Shown one piece after another: positions 53,515 through 64,000 of a DNA stretch of 64,000 nucleotides. Under the pieces are notes generated by a model that worked only from the letters and a program-made list of their open reading frames with translations, was not told the origin of the DNA and ran no database searches. This stretch comes from Botryllus schlosseri (Eukaryota): contig CM119371.1 in assembly GCA_051294905.1 (NCBI GenBank), positions 8,930,001 through 8,994,000 of the forward strand. Reading direction: 5' to 3'. The stretch's first letter is position 1, and the number at the start of each line of letters is the position of its first letter. Both the position numbers and the translations under genes were made by a program.

Positions 53515-55407
53515 CAGTGGTTCTCAACCTTTTTCAACTCGCGGACCGGTAAAATTTCAAAAAATGTCTGGCGGACCGGTGAACTTTCGAAAATGGAAAT
53601 GAAGCCAGTATGTAAATATGCAATCGTTTTTTTGCAATTATATGGTGCTAGAGAGTGACCTTTAGAAGGTTTTGATCGTAATAAATTATTATCTTCATGA
53701 GTCTGCTGAGTCAAGGTACAATTGCCTGCTCCAGATAAACTTGCTACCGTCGAGAGTCGTTTACAGTCTTTCGCAACCAAGGTCGTTGGTTTAACCAACC
53801 ATGACAACTCGAATAATATTCTTCTCTTTGACAATATCGAGAGAAGACGCGTTTCGGAGTCGAACCAAGCACCTCGTCGTGTTACCTTGCTCATTGCTCA
53901 CTATCACCAGGCGAAGGCTACTCTGGCAACTACGGATAAAATGCGCAGCACTTACAGCAGCTATATCGGCCATCCGCAAATCCGGGCCGAAAAAGCACTT
54001 CGTCTGCCCCACCTCAAAAAACGTTGGTCTTGGGCACATTGTGAGCACATTCCTTCTACTCAGTGTAAGCAGAGAATCTATGTCAGGGATGGCCAACCTT
54101 ATTGCCATTCACAGCCGCATTGCGACTGCTCATGTAGTCTACTGCCGCATTCCAGGGCGTAGTCATAATGGACTGGACGCCATATACCCGTGTTAAACTG
54201 TATATGTGTATTTCCAGTACACTCGGTACCAATCTCTTTAATGACATAGGCTTACTCTACGCACCAAAATGCCGAGTAGTCAGTGGTCATGCCACGGGAT
54301 TGTCGACAGTCGCGTGAAGCGTGAAAAAATTTTCAGATTCGCTGATGAATTTTGTCATTATTATTAGTAGTTTTACATATTACTGATCAAACATTTATCC
54401 TTTCTCAACACATGTGATCTGATTCACCGGTAGAGTTGATGAAGGAGGTGTTTTCGAAAATTTAGGGCAAGTTATAAATGATGATGCATCTTCGCTGCTG
54501 AGCCAATCGTTTTTAGTCACTTTGTTACATGCTTTTATTTTTTTACCTCCCATCAGGATTGTCAGTATAGGGAGGAGCACACGATTCCGAGCTGGTAGGC
54601 CCTATGTCTATATGAGGCGCATCATTTTCCTGTACTGTTCGATTCTGTAGTCTGTACTGTAGGGATCTGATTGCAAAGGACGCTACTATATTTAAAAAGA
54701 AAATGATGTCACGTTGAATCGCGCGGTTCAAGATTAATTAAAATCTCTCGAGAAACCGGGAGTTAATTCGTAAATTCAAATTGCATGTCGATGGCCGCCA
54801 ACACATATATATAGTATACTAACTGAATTACGTGTCCACGACCGCAGGTTGGCCACCCCTGGTCTACGTAGCTTAATCACGCCAACAGCGAAAGTTTTCG
54901 CTCATTGATAACAGAATCGGTTTTCCCGCTGGCGAGTTTTCGGCACACATTTCTGAATCCCGTGTTATTACGCAGTGGCGCAGTAACGGCTGACTTCGAA
55001 ATGCCTATTTCTATAAATCACAGAGAAGGTCACCTAATAAGCAAGACGTTTAGTGACGCTAAATCGCGCAAAGAGCGAAAATAAATTCAAAAAAAGGTTG
55101 GAAAAAGTTTTTAAAAAACACGCTATGATATATGTTCGCTTGCAAAATAATTTTGGGCTGGGCTGTGCTGTTTAGCGATGAGTCAGCTCGTATATGTTTT
55201 GTACTTGTCGCTCGCATGTCGTTAAAAGACATGTCTTGAACTTCAAATCAAATCTGACATGTTTCTAGCCCTAATCTTACCTCACGAAGTTCTGAATAAG
55301 TTTAGAATTTGATGGTTTATTTATTTTACCAATGGACAAGCCTTCAACATTGCATCTTGAAATTCCCGGCGGAAATGTCGTCGCGGACCGGTGGTTGAGA
55401 ACCACTG
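53515..55407. mobile_element. Charlie-type non-autonomous element
   Basis: TIR CAGTGGTTCTCAACC/GGTTGAGAACCACTG; TSD atctaaat/atctaatg. Confidence 0.8.
54084..54861. mobile_element. Charlie-type MITE nested in 53515-55407
   Basis: CAGGGATGGCCAACC/GGTTGGCCACCCCTG; TSD atctatgt/gtctacgt. Confidence 0.75.
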
Positions 55408-55439
55408 ATCTAATGATTTATAACCGTATTGAATAGGCC

Positions 55440-56900
55440 AGGTATTACATTTTTTGGCTCACAAAACAGATCCGCTGCAAAAACAAACAAACAAAGTAGA
55501 GTTTAACAAAATAATGAGATATTACTTCTCAGCCAAACAAGAAAAGTCGGTAGGAGTAAGCGAAGGAACTTTTCAAAAACGGAAAGAGAGAACAAACAAC
55601 TTGCCACCCATTACTGCCAATACCCTTACAACTATGAGACGCTATGTAATCACAAAATTATCACGAAGAGAACTCACAGAAATCGAAGAGTGAAATTTTT
55701 AACAAAAACATAGAAGTTCCTGGGGCACTAGAACTTCAATTCGGACAAGATGACCAGAATCCGCAACAACCCCTTGATGACCTAAACAATGCAGAAGTAG
55801 AATTACAAAACACCATTGGGCACCCGAATGAACCAACAACACCTAACGATGATGACATAGACACGGAATTAGAATTGGAGATCAAAAATCAAATCATCGA
55901 CAGAATGAACTCCACATTGGATATAAATGACCGAGTGAATTTACCTGACCTACAAACTACAAAGAAACTAAAAACTGATATTGCAGTAGCGAACAAAATT
56001 TTGACAGGAACCATAATACCTGCAATGCTAAATCAAAAACAAGGAGAAAGGCTAAAAATACTATGTGCATCACATAAATTTAGCAGCAACCTACAATGAG
56101 CTATTATCCCCAACCAACTTGCACGGGATTCCAACCTGATGCACACAAAGGATCACCTATCTTATCCCCAAAAATGAAAACATCAGGGACCCCAAGAACT
56201 ACAGAGTGATAACATGACCTGACAACCATGTACAAAACACTGACAAATATCCCGAAGCTATAAACACCAAGAAAAACTTCTTCCGACAGAACAAAAAAGA
56301 CTCAGGGAAGGCACCCTTGGCTGTAAGGATAACCTTCTCCTTGACAAAACCATACTCGAAAACTGCAAGAGGAGACACACTAACCTCAGCATGATGGCAT
56401 AGATAGACTACAAAAAGCTTCCGATTCATTTCCCCAGACATGTATTCGGAAAACAATGCGTATGTACAAAATGAATCGGATCATCATCAGATTTATTGAG
56501 AACTCAATGAAAAATGGCAAAGAAGATTGTTGATCAAACATGACCAAGGTATAACAGAAACCTGTAAAATTCGCGTGGCATCTTTCCAGGCGACTCATTC
56601 TCGCCGCTACTATTTGTCTCAGCTTAGCGCCACTCAGTGAGTTGCTGAAAAAAAATATAGCATGATACGAGATGAAAAAACGCAACAAACTCTGAAGCTC
56701 AAAAAAATCATCACTCTTTGTTCATGAATGATCTAAAACTGTATGCGAATTCTGATACGGTCCTGAATAACCAAATGAAAATTGTTGATGAGTTTTCGGA
56801 AAATATAAAAATGAAATTTGACTTGGTTAAATGCTCAAAATTTGCCATACGACGCGGCAGAGCCACCAGCACTGGCGACATGAATTTCAAAATCGATGGG
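55440..56900 (+). pseudogene. Heavily decayed R4/Dong-like non-LTR retrotransposon RT
   Basis: Frameshifted motifs [63 protein letters not shown]. Confidence 0.75.
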
Positions 56901-57519
56901 GCCATAATTGATTCAATATGGCTCTTTTGACTAAAAAGGCTCCTGACCCCTGGTTGTGCTGCTAGCTATAATGTTAATTAGGATATAGTTATAGCGGTCC
57001 TAGATCCTACATCAGCCAAGCCATAGTGCAGAGTGTGTAGATATATGCACGAAGTCATTGGGAAATTAGGTATTCCCTTTGAGGGACATGTCGCATGCAA
57101 CATATAATATGCCCATTCTCATATCTCTATTGTACGTGCACTAGGTTTATGACTAAAAAGAAATCGCCTGTAGCAGGAATTGATGAGCATTTTGGTATAA
57201 ATTAGAAAAAAAATAATCATTTTGTTCAAATCGAAAAAAATGTCCCGCACAAACCAACTTCAAATTTCGACACTGGTACAAATATAGAAAAAATTTTCAA
57301 TTTAAAGGTATTCTTTGCTACAAATTTATTCTTTATATATATGTCCTTTTGTACTTCTGGTAAAGTTCATCCATCAATTTTACTTCTCATTCTGTTATTA
57401 TGTTAGTGCCAGGTACATCTACAACGGAAATATCCGACTTCCAATGGTATTTTTAAGGCACTTTATTGCTGCAGGACATTCGAGCGCAAAAATAGCAGCA
57501 AATAATCTTTGGTATACTC

Positions 57520-57937
57520 TAGAGCCCGATCGATATTGGATTTTTGGGTAGATACCGATAAAACCGATATCTCACACGTTGACCGAGAACCCCAATACAT
57601 TCAGCCGAAATTCGAAAGAAGTTGGATATACATAAGCACATTTTCAAAGCTTCAGAGCATTTCTTTGAACATCTTTACAGCCATTGTTATATTTGAACAT
57701 GAAATAAACTAGAAAGGCTACGTCTACTACGACACCTGTTAGGCGTAAGCTTGTGACATATATCAATATTCTCAATGTTGCGGTCAAAGATTATAGTTTT
57801 CTGACTTCCTACCGCCATGTTGTGACGTCACGAAAATTGCAGATGATTTTTCAGCTTCAACGGCTGATACTGATAATTCTGTCGAAGTGTGATATCGTCC
57901 CGATATTATCAGCGAACCGATAAACGGTCGGGGTCCA
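57520..57937. mobile_element. hAT-type MITE with CCGATA repeats
   Basis: TAGAGCCCGA...TCGGGGTCCA ends; TSD gtatactc/gtatattc. Confidence 0.7.
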
Positions 57938-57967
57938 GTATATTCCATCTATAGACATCTGGTTAGA

Positions 57968-58239
57968 TAGCGAGATAGCGCAGTGGTATAATCCGCGGCT
58001 GCAACACCAATGGATGCGGGTTCGAGTCCGACCGAGGTCGACTTCCAAATTCCGATATCTAAGTGTTGGAGGTTTACCTAGGCTCCTCCTCGCCACCTCA
58101 TCCGCGTCAGCGGTGTCTTGCAAAAGCCTAGAGGTGGGCCGTGCTATAAGTCGGCAGCTACGGAAAATAACAAGAATATCGGCCTGGTGTAAATGACCAT
58201 AGTAGTCGACAAACACCATGAATACCCCAAAACAAACAA
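57968..58239 (+). mobile_element. SINE family B (best-preserved copy)
   Basis: A-box TAGCGCAGTGG, loop CTGCAAC, B-box GGTTCGAGTCC, CAAA tail; perfect 13-bp TSD ACATCTGGTTAGA. Confidence 0.92.
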
Positions 58240-58262
58240 ACATCTGGTTAGAATACCAGGCT

Positions 58263-58336
58263 TCCTGACACGCATTTGCGAAGAACAAGCATGATATCTC
58301 CTGACACGCATTTGCGAAGAACAAGCATGATATCTC
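58263..58336. repeat. Perfect 36-bp tandem duplication
   Basis: TCCTGACACGCATTTGCGAAGAACAAGCATGATATC x2. Confidence 0.95.
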
Positions 58337-59816
58337 AAGAGATACTCTCCATCTGGGGACTTGGAAGTACGGAATTATAGCCCTTGAGCTTAATCTCGCA
58401 TTGCGTAGAGATGGAAGTTTATCCCATTTGCTTAGTGGTAATCTACTATTTTCTCTGAAAGAGCGGCATGCTCTGCACAACACATAGATAAACTAATAAT
58501 CATCCCTCCATCCTCGGTTTTCTGATATTTTCATTTGAAATCCTGGCTTGATGGATTGTACCAAGTTTTCGCAGTATTTTACCATAGCATCTCCAAATCT
58601 GTAGCTGAGAGTTGGATTTGTTGAGGATGTTGGATTGAGGAACTCTGATATATGCTTTAGGAATCGATAATATTATGTTGGCAACCAAAGTATTGTGGTT
58701 TATGAAAACCCTTGATCATCACTGCAATTTGCAGTTTCACAGCAACGCCATTACCCCGCTCAGTATCAACAGATGCTGAGTCACATATGATATGACATTT
58801 TCAAATTTTCATCATATTCCCCTAATCGGTTTTCTAGACCGCTTAAAATATGTTGAGTTGTTCTACTTTCGCCTTTTCGAACACCCAGTTCGATTTGTGT
58901 CAGAAAAGTTGAAATTATACGATCTATACGGTCTACATCTAAAATCGAAATTAATAATTATTTATTAATTATTTAATTTTGACTGTAAGCAAGAAGACGA
59001 TAGAAATATTTCAATATGAGCGATCAAAATTTACCAAAATACTATTCTAAATCTTTGCAATTGGAATTGTGTCGGTTAAATTCAAATCAGTCGGTATATA
59101 TATTATGTAGTCTGTATCTACAAAAAAGCCTATCCTTCATACCGTGAAAACTGGAAATTTTTTGTGCGGGAGGTTTTTGTTTAATCAGTCTTAACTTTTG
59201 GTAATTTTGCAATCAGGACACAAAAGTTCATCGTTTGTGACTACAGGACACACAAAATTTTGCATTTTTTTTCTAGTCATAACCCTAACGTGCACCCGTA
59301 ATTAATCTGCTAGACCATGATCGCTTTGATACGGAAGTTGTAGATATGTCCTAATTATATCTTCTTCAGAGACCGCCAACGTGGTCGATGCGTAATAAAT
59401 ATCTAATTACAACTGGACCGGACATCATCTGTATCATCCATACGCAATAACCACAGTAAAACATATTATCTGAGTTTACCGACATGCCCTTTTATCATCA
59501 ATAGCATGGGACACGAGAATATCATAAATGAACATAAATTGTTTCCATATCATAGCAGTAATAAAAACCATTCGTGTCGTGATTTTTTCCTACCACACGC
59601 GCCCAATATTCTAAATGACAACTATATTTTCGAGCTCTGCTAAAAAAGTGAATCTCATGAAATATATTGATCAAAGATAATATGTTATATGGAGAAAAAA
59701 TACACGTGCCTCTAATAATAAACTCTTCATAACATTTCTCGCATACTTCATAATGATAATCGACGGTGATTAATGCTTGGCATGCTTGGTAACGAAAGTT
59801 TCAGATAAGTTATAGT

Positions 59817-60332
59817 TAGGGCTGGGCAAAATCGAGTACCTGAGTGATTCGATTCTGAATCACGTAATATGCTTCGAGTCGAGTCGAGTCATCGAATATC
59901 ACTCGTTATGACGTCAAAACGGAATGTAAAATGTCAAAGTTCAAAGATGTACCTTTTATTCGACCACAAAGAATATAATGCGTGTTATCCATCACATTAA
60001 AGCTACATTGGTGTTTTTTCGACCATACCGATTCCATTGCACTTGGTGACAATGCTGTGGGAAGATATGACTTCAAAAATATGCTATTTCCAGTAACGTT
60101 CGTAGCTCTGTACTATATGTTTCGTATCCTACGATACGGCCAGGCAATGTTTCAAGGCTTCAACAGTGAAAATTAGTATCGAAACTCTAATTATCGGTGA
60201 TAAATTAACTTTCAGTTGCGAGGAGCGTATGAATTCCGTACTCGTAAAAATCGTATTTTACTACTCGACTCGAATCATTGAAATTAGTACACGATTCAGA
60301 TTTGAGTACTCGAATCATTATGACCAGCCCTA
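59817..60332. mobile_element. hAT-type MITE with TCGAG/TCGAA repeats
   Basis: TIR TAGGGCTGG/CCAGCCCTA; perfect TSD GTTATAGT. Confidence 0.85.
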
Positions 60333-60932
60333 GTTATAGTGTATGCGGAATGCACGCGAAATCGTGCATACCAAACACTATTTTACGGATCACACAAGAA
60401 GAGGAGGCTGTCATCAGAGTTATTCAGTTTTGTGTAATACCCCTTTCGAGGGGCGTACATTTACCTCGCGATCTTGGCAATGCTCGATGTCAAGACATCG
60501 GTAATTCCAAAGTCATCAAAAGATATTGCAACGTAAGCGTTTCTAAAGCTTTGAAATCGGATTCAAATCCGACAGTTGTTGATTCCATTCCATTGTGTGA
60601 GATTCGGCACTCGGTGCTGGACCCGGATCTCACTTCTACCAATTATAAACAAGTCCGCTAATCGCGAAAGCGAGTTACAAATCAACAGTCAAAACTTGAT
60701 GAGAGTGCGTCTGGATTCACGATGGTTTGTGGCGTAGCGGTTTTGTACAGCGTAGGAGGAATGGTATTCTCTACAGCGAAATATCTTACTTTGTTGCACT
60801 GCAACATCGTGTTTGCTCATATGTAATATTGACGAGATGTACCGACAATACCCGAAATGCGTCAGGATCAATTGTATTTAAAACACATGTGATGATTTCG
60901 TTCCGAACAGTTGATAGTTTGTTTTATTAATC

Positions 60933-61071
60933 ATGAGTTCCAATGATGGGGGCCAACAAAGGATCAATTCGCAGCCGGTCAATGTTGAACCCTTAACGGA
61001 TCCATACTCTAAAATACATATGAGCACCGAAGTTGATGAAACCGGCATTGATCAAGGACAACGGCAAAAAG
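60933..61071 (+). CDS. Putative first coding exon of a second gene (MSSNDGGQQRINSQ...GQRQK)
   Basis: ATG at 60933 after acceptor-like gaacAG at 60909-60910; strong donor G|GTAAGT at 61072 (phase 1). Confidence 0.5.
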
Positions 61072-61894
61072 GTAAGTTCATGAAATCATCTGAGTAGCCT
61101 ATATAATAACATATGCCTGCTCGTCACATTCCCAAAAGGGCAGTATGCCGGACGGCATATGGCTATCAACCGAACTTCCTGAGGGCTTTCTCGCATAACA
61201 CATACAAAGGCGGAATTTTCTTGCGTGATTTATCGCTGCGGAGTATCCATTATTCTTGGAGATCCATAAAAAACTATCATCACATATTCATTATCACCGC
61301 ATCAGTGCTTCCTACTCTAGACTGATTTTGCAGCAATTGGATCTTCTTTAACGTGTTAGCGCCTACAGTATCGGGCAATGTCGGTAACATGATATAATCA
61401 TAAATATACGTTGTTAGCCACAACGTGGTTAGCGACCAGAGTAGGGGCTGGAACATACAGACTGTGATGGGATTTTGAGCGGCCCGCAGACAGTTTCCGG
61501 TCTTGCATGATCATGTTGCCCGCGGCCACAGTCTGACGCAGTCAGCCCACTATTTGCTTACTACGCCAAACTCTAGTGACCATAGATATTTCTTTAGTTT
61601 GACCATGAACATTAACGAGACGAAAGTTTAATCGACCACAGATGTGTCATTGATTCAACAGTTAAAGCAGTATATTACGGTAATAAATGACGAAACGCTA
61701 TGTCACGGCCGAAAATGTGATCACTGTACCCTGTCACAAGCTAGCTTGTAAACTTTTTGCAGTCGTGGGCTTGCATTTTCGGCCTAAATTAATACGACTT
61801 GAATGACATGAAATCGCTCCATTATCACGCGCATCCATTCGTAAGCCGCATGGCGCCCTTTGGAAAAGAAGGTGGGCCGATTCCGCACTAGAGA

Positions 61895-63016
61895 TGCAAG
61901 AAGATGCATGAAAATCCTAGAGCGATCATCGCTGAAACGAACAATGGACTAATGAGGCGAAACCGAAAACGCTTACGGAAGTACAACCCTCCGGAGGAAT
62001 CAAAACCATCTTCTTCGCATCAGAATAAACCGGTTGAATATTGTCTTATAGCGTCGAAGCAACCAGGACACCATCAACAAGCCAACGTTTTAACTGAACC
62101 TACCGGGGAAAATCCCGCGAGACGATCTTCGAGAATTACAAGGCCGCCTCAACGATTTATAGAGCAATATTGATCATACACAGGTTTCAAGATCTGTGGC
62201 AGAATAATCCCTTAACCTGTTGTATACCTTGGGAGTAGTCTACCTCCCTGGTGACTCTGTCTGTTAAGTTTAAATGCCCTGCTCTTGCTCACGTTGCAAG
62301 GGTAGTGTCACCTTGTATATATTGTTATTGATGTTGTATTGTGGATGCGTTGTCACTTAGGCTTACCATATTTTGGAAATCTAAAAAGAGGACACTTTTC
62401 AGAAATTTGAGACTTGCAAAACCGGAGAAGAATTCTCAAAAACCGGTGAATTTCTCCCACTTTGTAATCGGTTGACTAAAAAAAAGGTCATCTTTCCGCT
62501 CAGAGCTCAAAATACCGTTTTTCTCTCCGCATTGCTAGGTGGTTGACTAAAAAAAAAAGTCATCTATTCGCTCAGAGCTAAAATCACCGTTTTTCACTCC
62601 GAAATACCCGCCGAAGCGTCACTTCTATGCTAATTTACGGTATATCACTCGCAATTTGCTCTAAATCTGACCTAAATTTTCAAAAAAGAGAACAAAATCT
62701 CAAAAAAGAGGACAAAAGGGCGTCCTCCGAGGACACTTTCAAAAATGTCAAAAAAGAGGACAAATCCTCTTAAAAGAGGACGTATGGTAACCCTATTGTC
62801 ACTTGTATATTATGTAAGTAGTGTCGATGTCTCTCCCTCTTAAAAAGGGAGATGTGGTGTTATGATATGCTTGATTGACCCCGCGATGAGTTCCGAGTTT
62901 GTTTTGATAACAGACATGCATGTGGTTTGCTGAGGAAATACACTTCGAGTTCGGCTTGTAAAGGTATCTGTCTAAGTAGTCAGTCTTACAGCTAGAAGCT
63001 CGGTGATAATACTACA
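61895..63016 (+). mobile_element. 3' fragment of a second gypsy element (integrase tail, PPT, LTR)
   Basis: PRAII.ET..G..RRNRKRL and RRSSRITRPPQRF; PPT AAAAAGGGAGA; LTR TGTGGTGTTA...TAATACTACA at 62853-63016. Confidence 0.75.
62358..62795. mobile_element. hAT (Tip100-like) MITE inside the gypsy fragment
   Basis: TAGG(C)TTACCATA/TATGGTAACCCTA; perfect TSD TTGTCACT. Confidence 0.88.
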
Positions 63017-63306
63017 GCATTATAACAGTGTCTAGCAATATGTAGAGCAAACATTTATTTGGTGTGCGGATGACACGTCATCTGGCTAATAACCTAAATT
63101 ATGCTGGCATTAATCCTTGCTAGGTGCGAAAAAAAGTTTCAAATTGAAGAAATATATTTCGATATGTTCTTACTTTATATAAAATTTAACAACACAACTA
63201 GTGTGGCACCCTATTCAACTTTTCTATAGTGGGGGTTGAGGTGCGTCTTATGCGGACCAGACTGTTCTCTCAGTATTTGCCTCATTAATTTCCACCTTCT
63301 CATCAG

Positions 63307-63468
63307 TTGGTGTTGCAGATAACGAAAATGGAAAAGAAGAACCGTCCGTTGTGATGGAGCAAGATCAACCAGCAATTATACCATGTGCCAGTGGAACCAG
63401 GCGTGTTAGAGAGACCGGATTACAGCTGAAGAAATATGATTCTATGGCGAAGCAAACATCAAGATCAC
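63307..63468 (+). CDS. Putative second coding exon of the second gene (VGVADNENGKEEPSVV...AKQTSRS)
   Basis: Polypyrimidine tract plus catcAG acceptor, C|GTGAGT donor, 162 nt, phase 1-1. Open only in the frame set by the upstream exon. Confidence 0.5.
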
Positions 63469-64000
63469 GTGAGTTTGTTCAATATTTAGTATTTAGGGTT
63501 TTTCGTAGAATATTCAGTATCGTGTGATTCCCGTTCCTTTACCCAAATCTAGTTATCATCATTTCATTTTACATTGAAACCGGCGGAAACCACTGGAAAT
63601 CAAGTGCATGGTTACCAATGGTGGATTATCCACATTTTCTATGCACGGCGTGAGGTGCATTGTAAATAAATGTGTGGATAGCCGTTGGGTTCTTCAGATT
63701 TCCGCAATAGGTTCGGGCGCAAATCACGCCATCTCCACTTTCTGATTGAATATGTATCGTTTTCACTATCATTGCTGTAGGTGAAAACGAGCAGCACATA
63801 CCTATCTTCATCGATTGGGGTATGATGCATCTTATATCTTAAATGGTTCTGTACCGATAGAAAAGGTTATCTGTTTTCACCCGGGCTCTGGTGGATATCG
63901 ATAAAATGTCGATAAAATTCATGATGTCCAATTTAATTCAAGCTCACAACAAACCAAAAATGACGTAAAGAAATGAAATGAAAAATACCAATACCTTTGA

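Noticed and set aside
42189..56952. One 14.7-kb Charlie element pairing ends at 42189 and 56952
   Set aside because: The flanks (TCACTGAG vs GTTGTGCT) do not form a TSD.
57857..58483. 208-aa minus-strand ORF
   Set aside because: It reads through an antisense SINE and a 36-bp duplication and has no protein motifs.
63230..63240. 11-nt micro-exon (AG|TGGGGGTTGAG|GT)
   Set aside because: Inclusion shifts the next exon into a frame that contains a stop.

Overview
Eukaryotic, AT-rich, intron-containing genomic DNA. It looks like an invertebrate, possibly an ascidian, but that is inference only. No prokaryotic operons, CRISPR arrays or rRNA were found. The left half holds the 3' part of a + strand NLR-like (NACHT-LRR) gene. 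It has a large NACHT/winged-helix exon running off the left edge (1-917), then at least 7 small in-frame GT-AG exons out to ~29.35 kb that encode a highly degenerate LRR-like tail; introns 2-7 are all phase 0. The first exons of a second + strand gene of unknown function appear at ~60.9-63.5 kb. Nearly everything else is decayed, often nested, transposable elements: a full-length Ty3/gypsy (Mag-like) LTR element, a piggyBac, an hATm-like element, Charlie/Buster hAT relics, many hAT-type MITEs with 8-bp TSDs, CR1/L2-, RTE- and R4/Dong-like LINE fragments, and two related tRNA-derived SINE families. The most notable features are the modular NLR tail, a five-level TE nest at 42.2-49.9 kb that TSDs fully resolve, a Tc1/pogo-like MITE with a non-canonical CA target duplication, and SINEs sharing head and core but with different tails. 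I found no clearly new biological system. All alignments and coordinates were read by eye.
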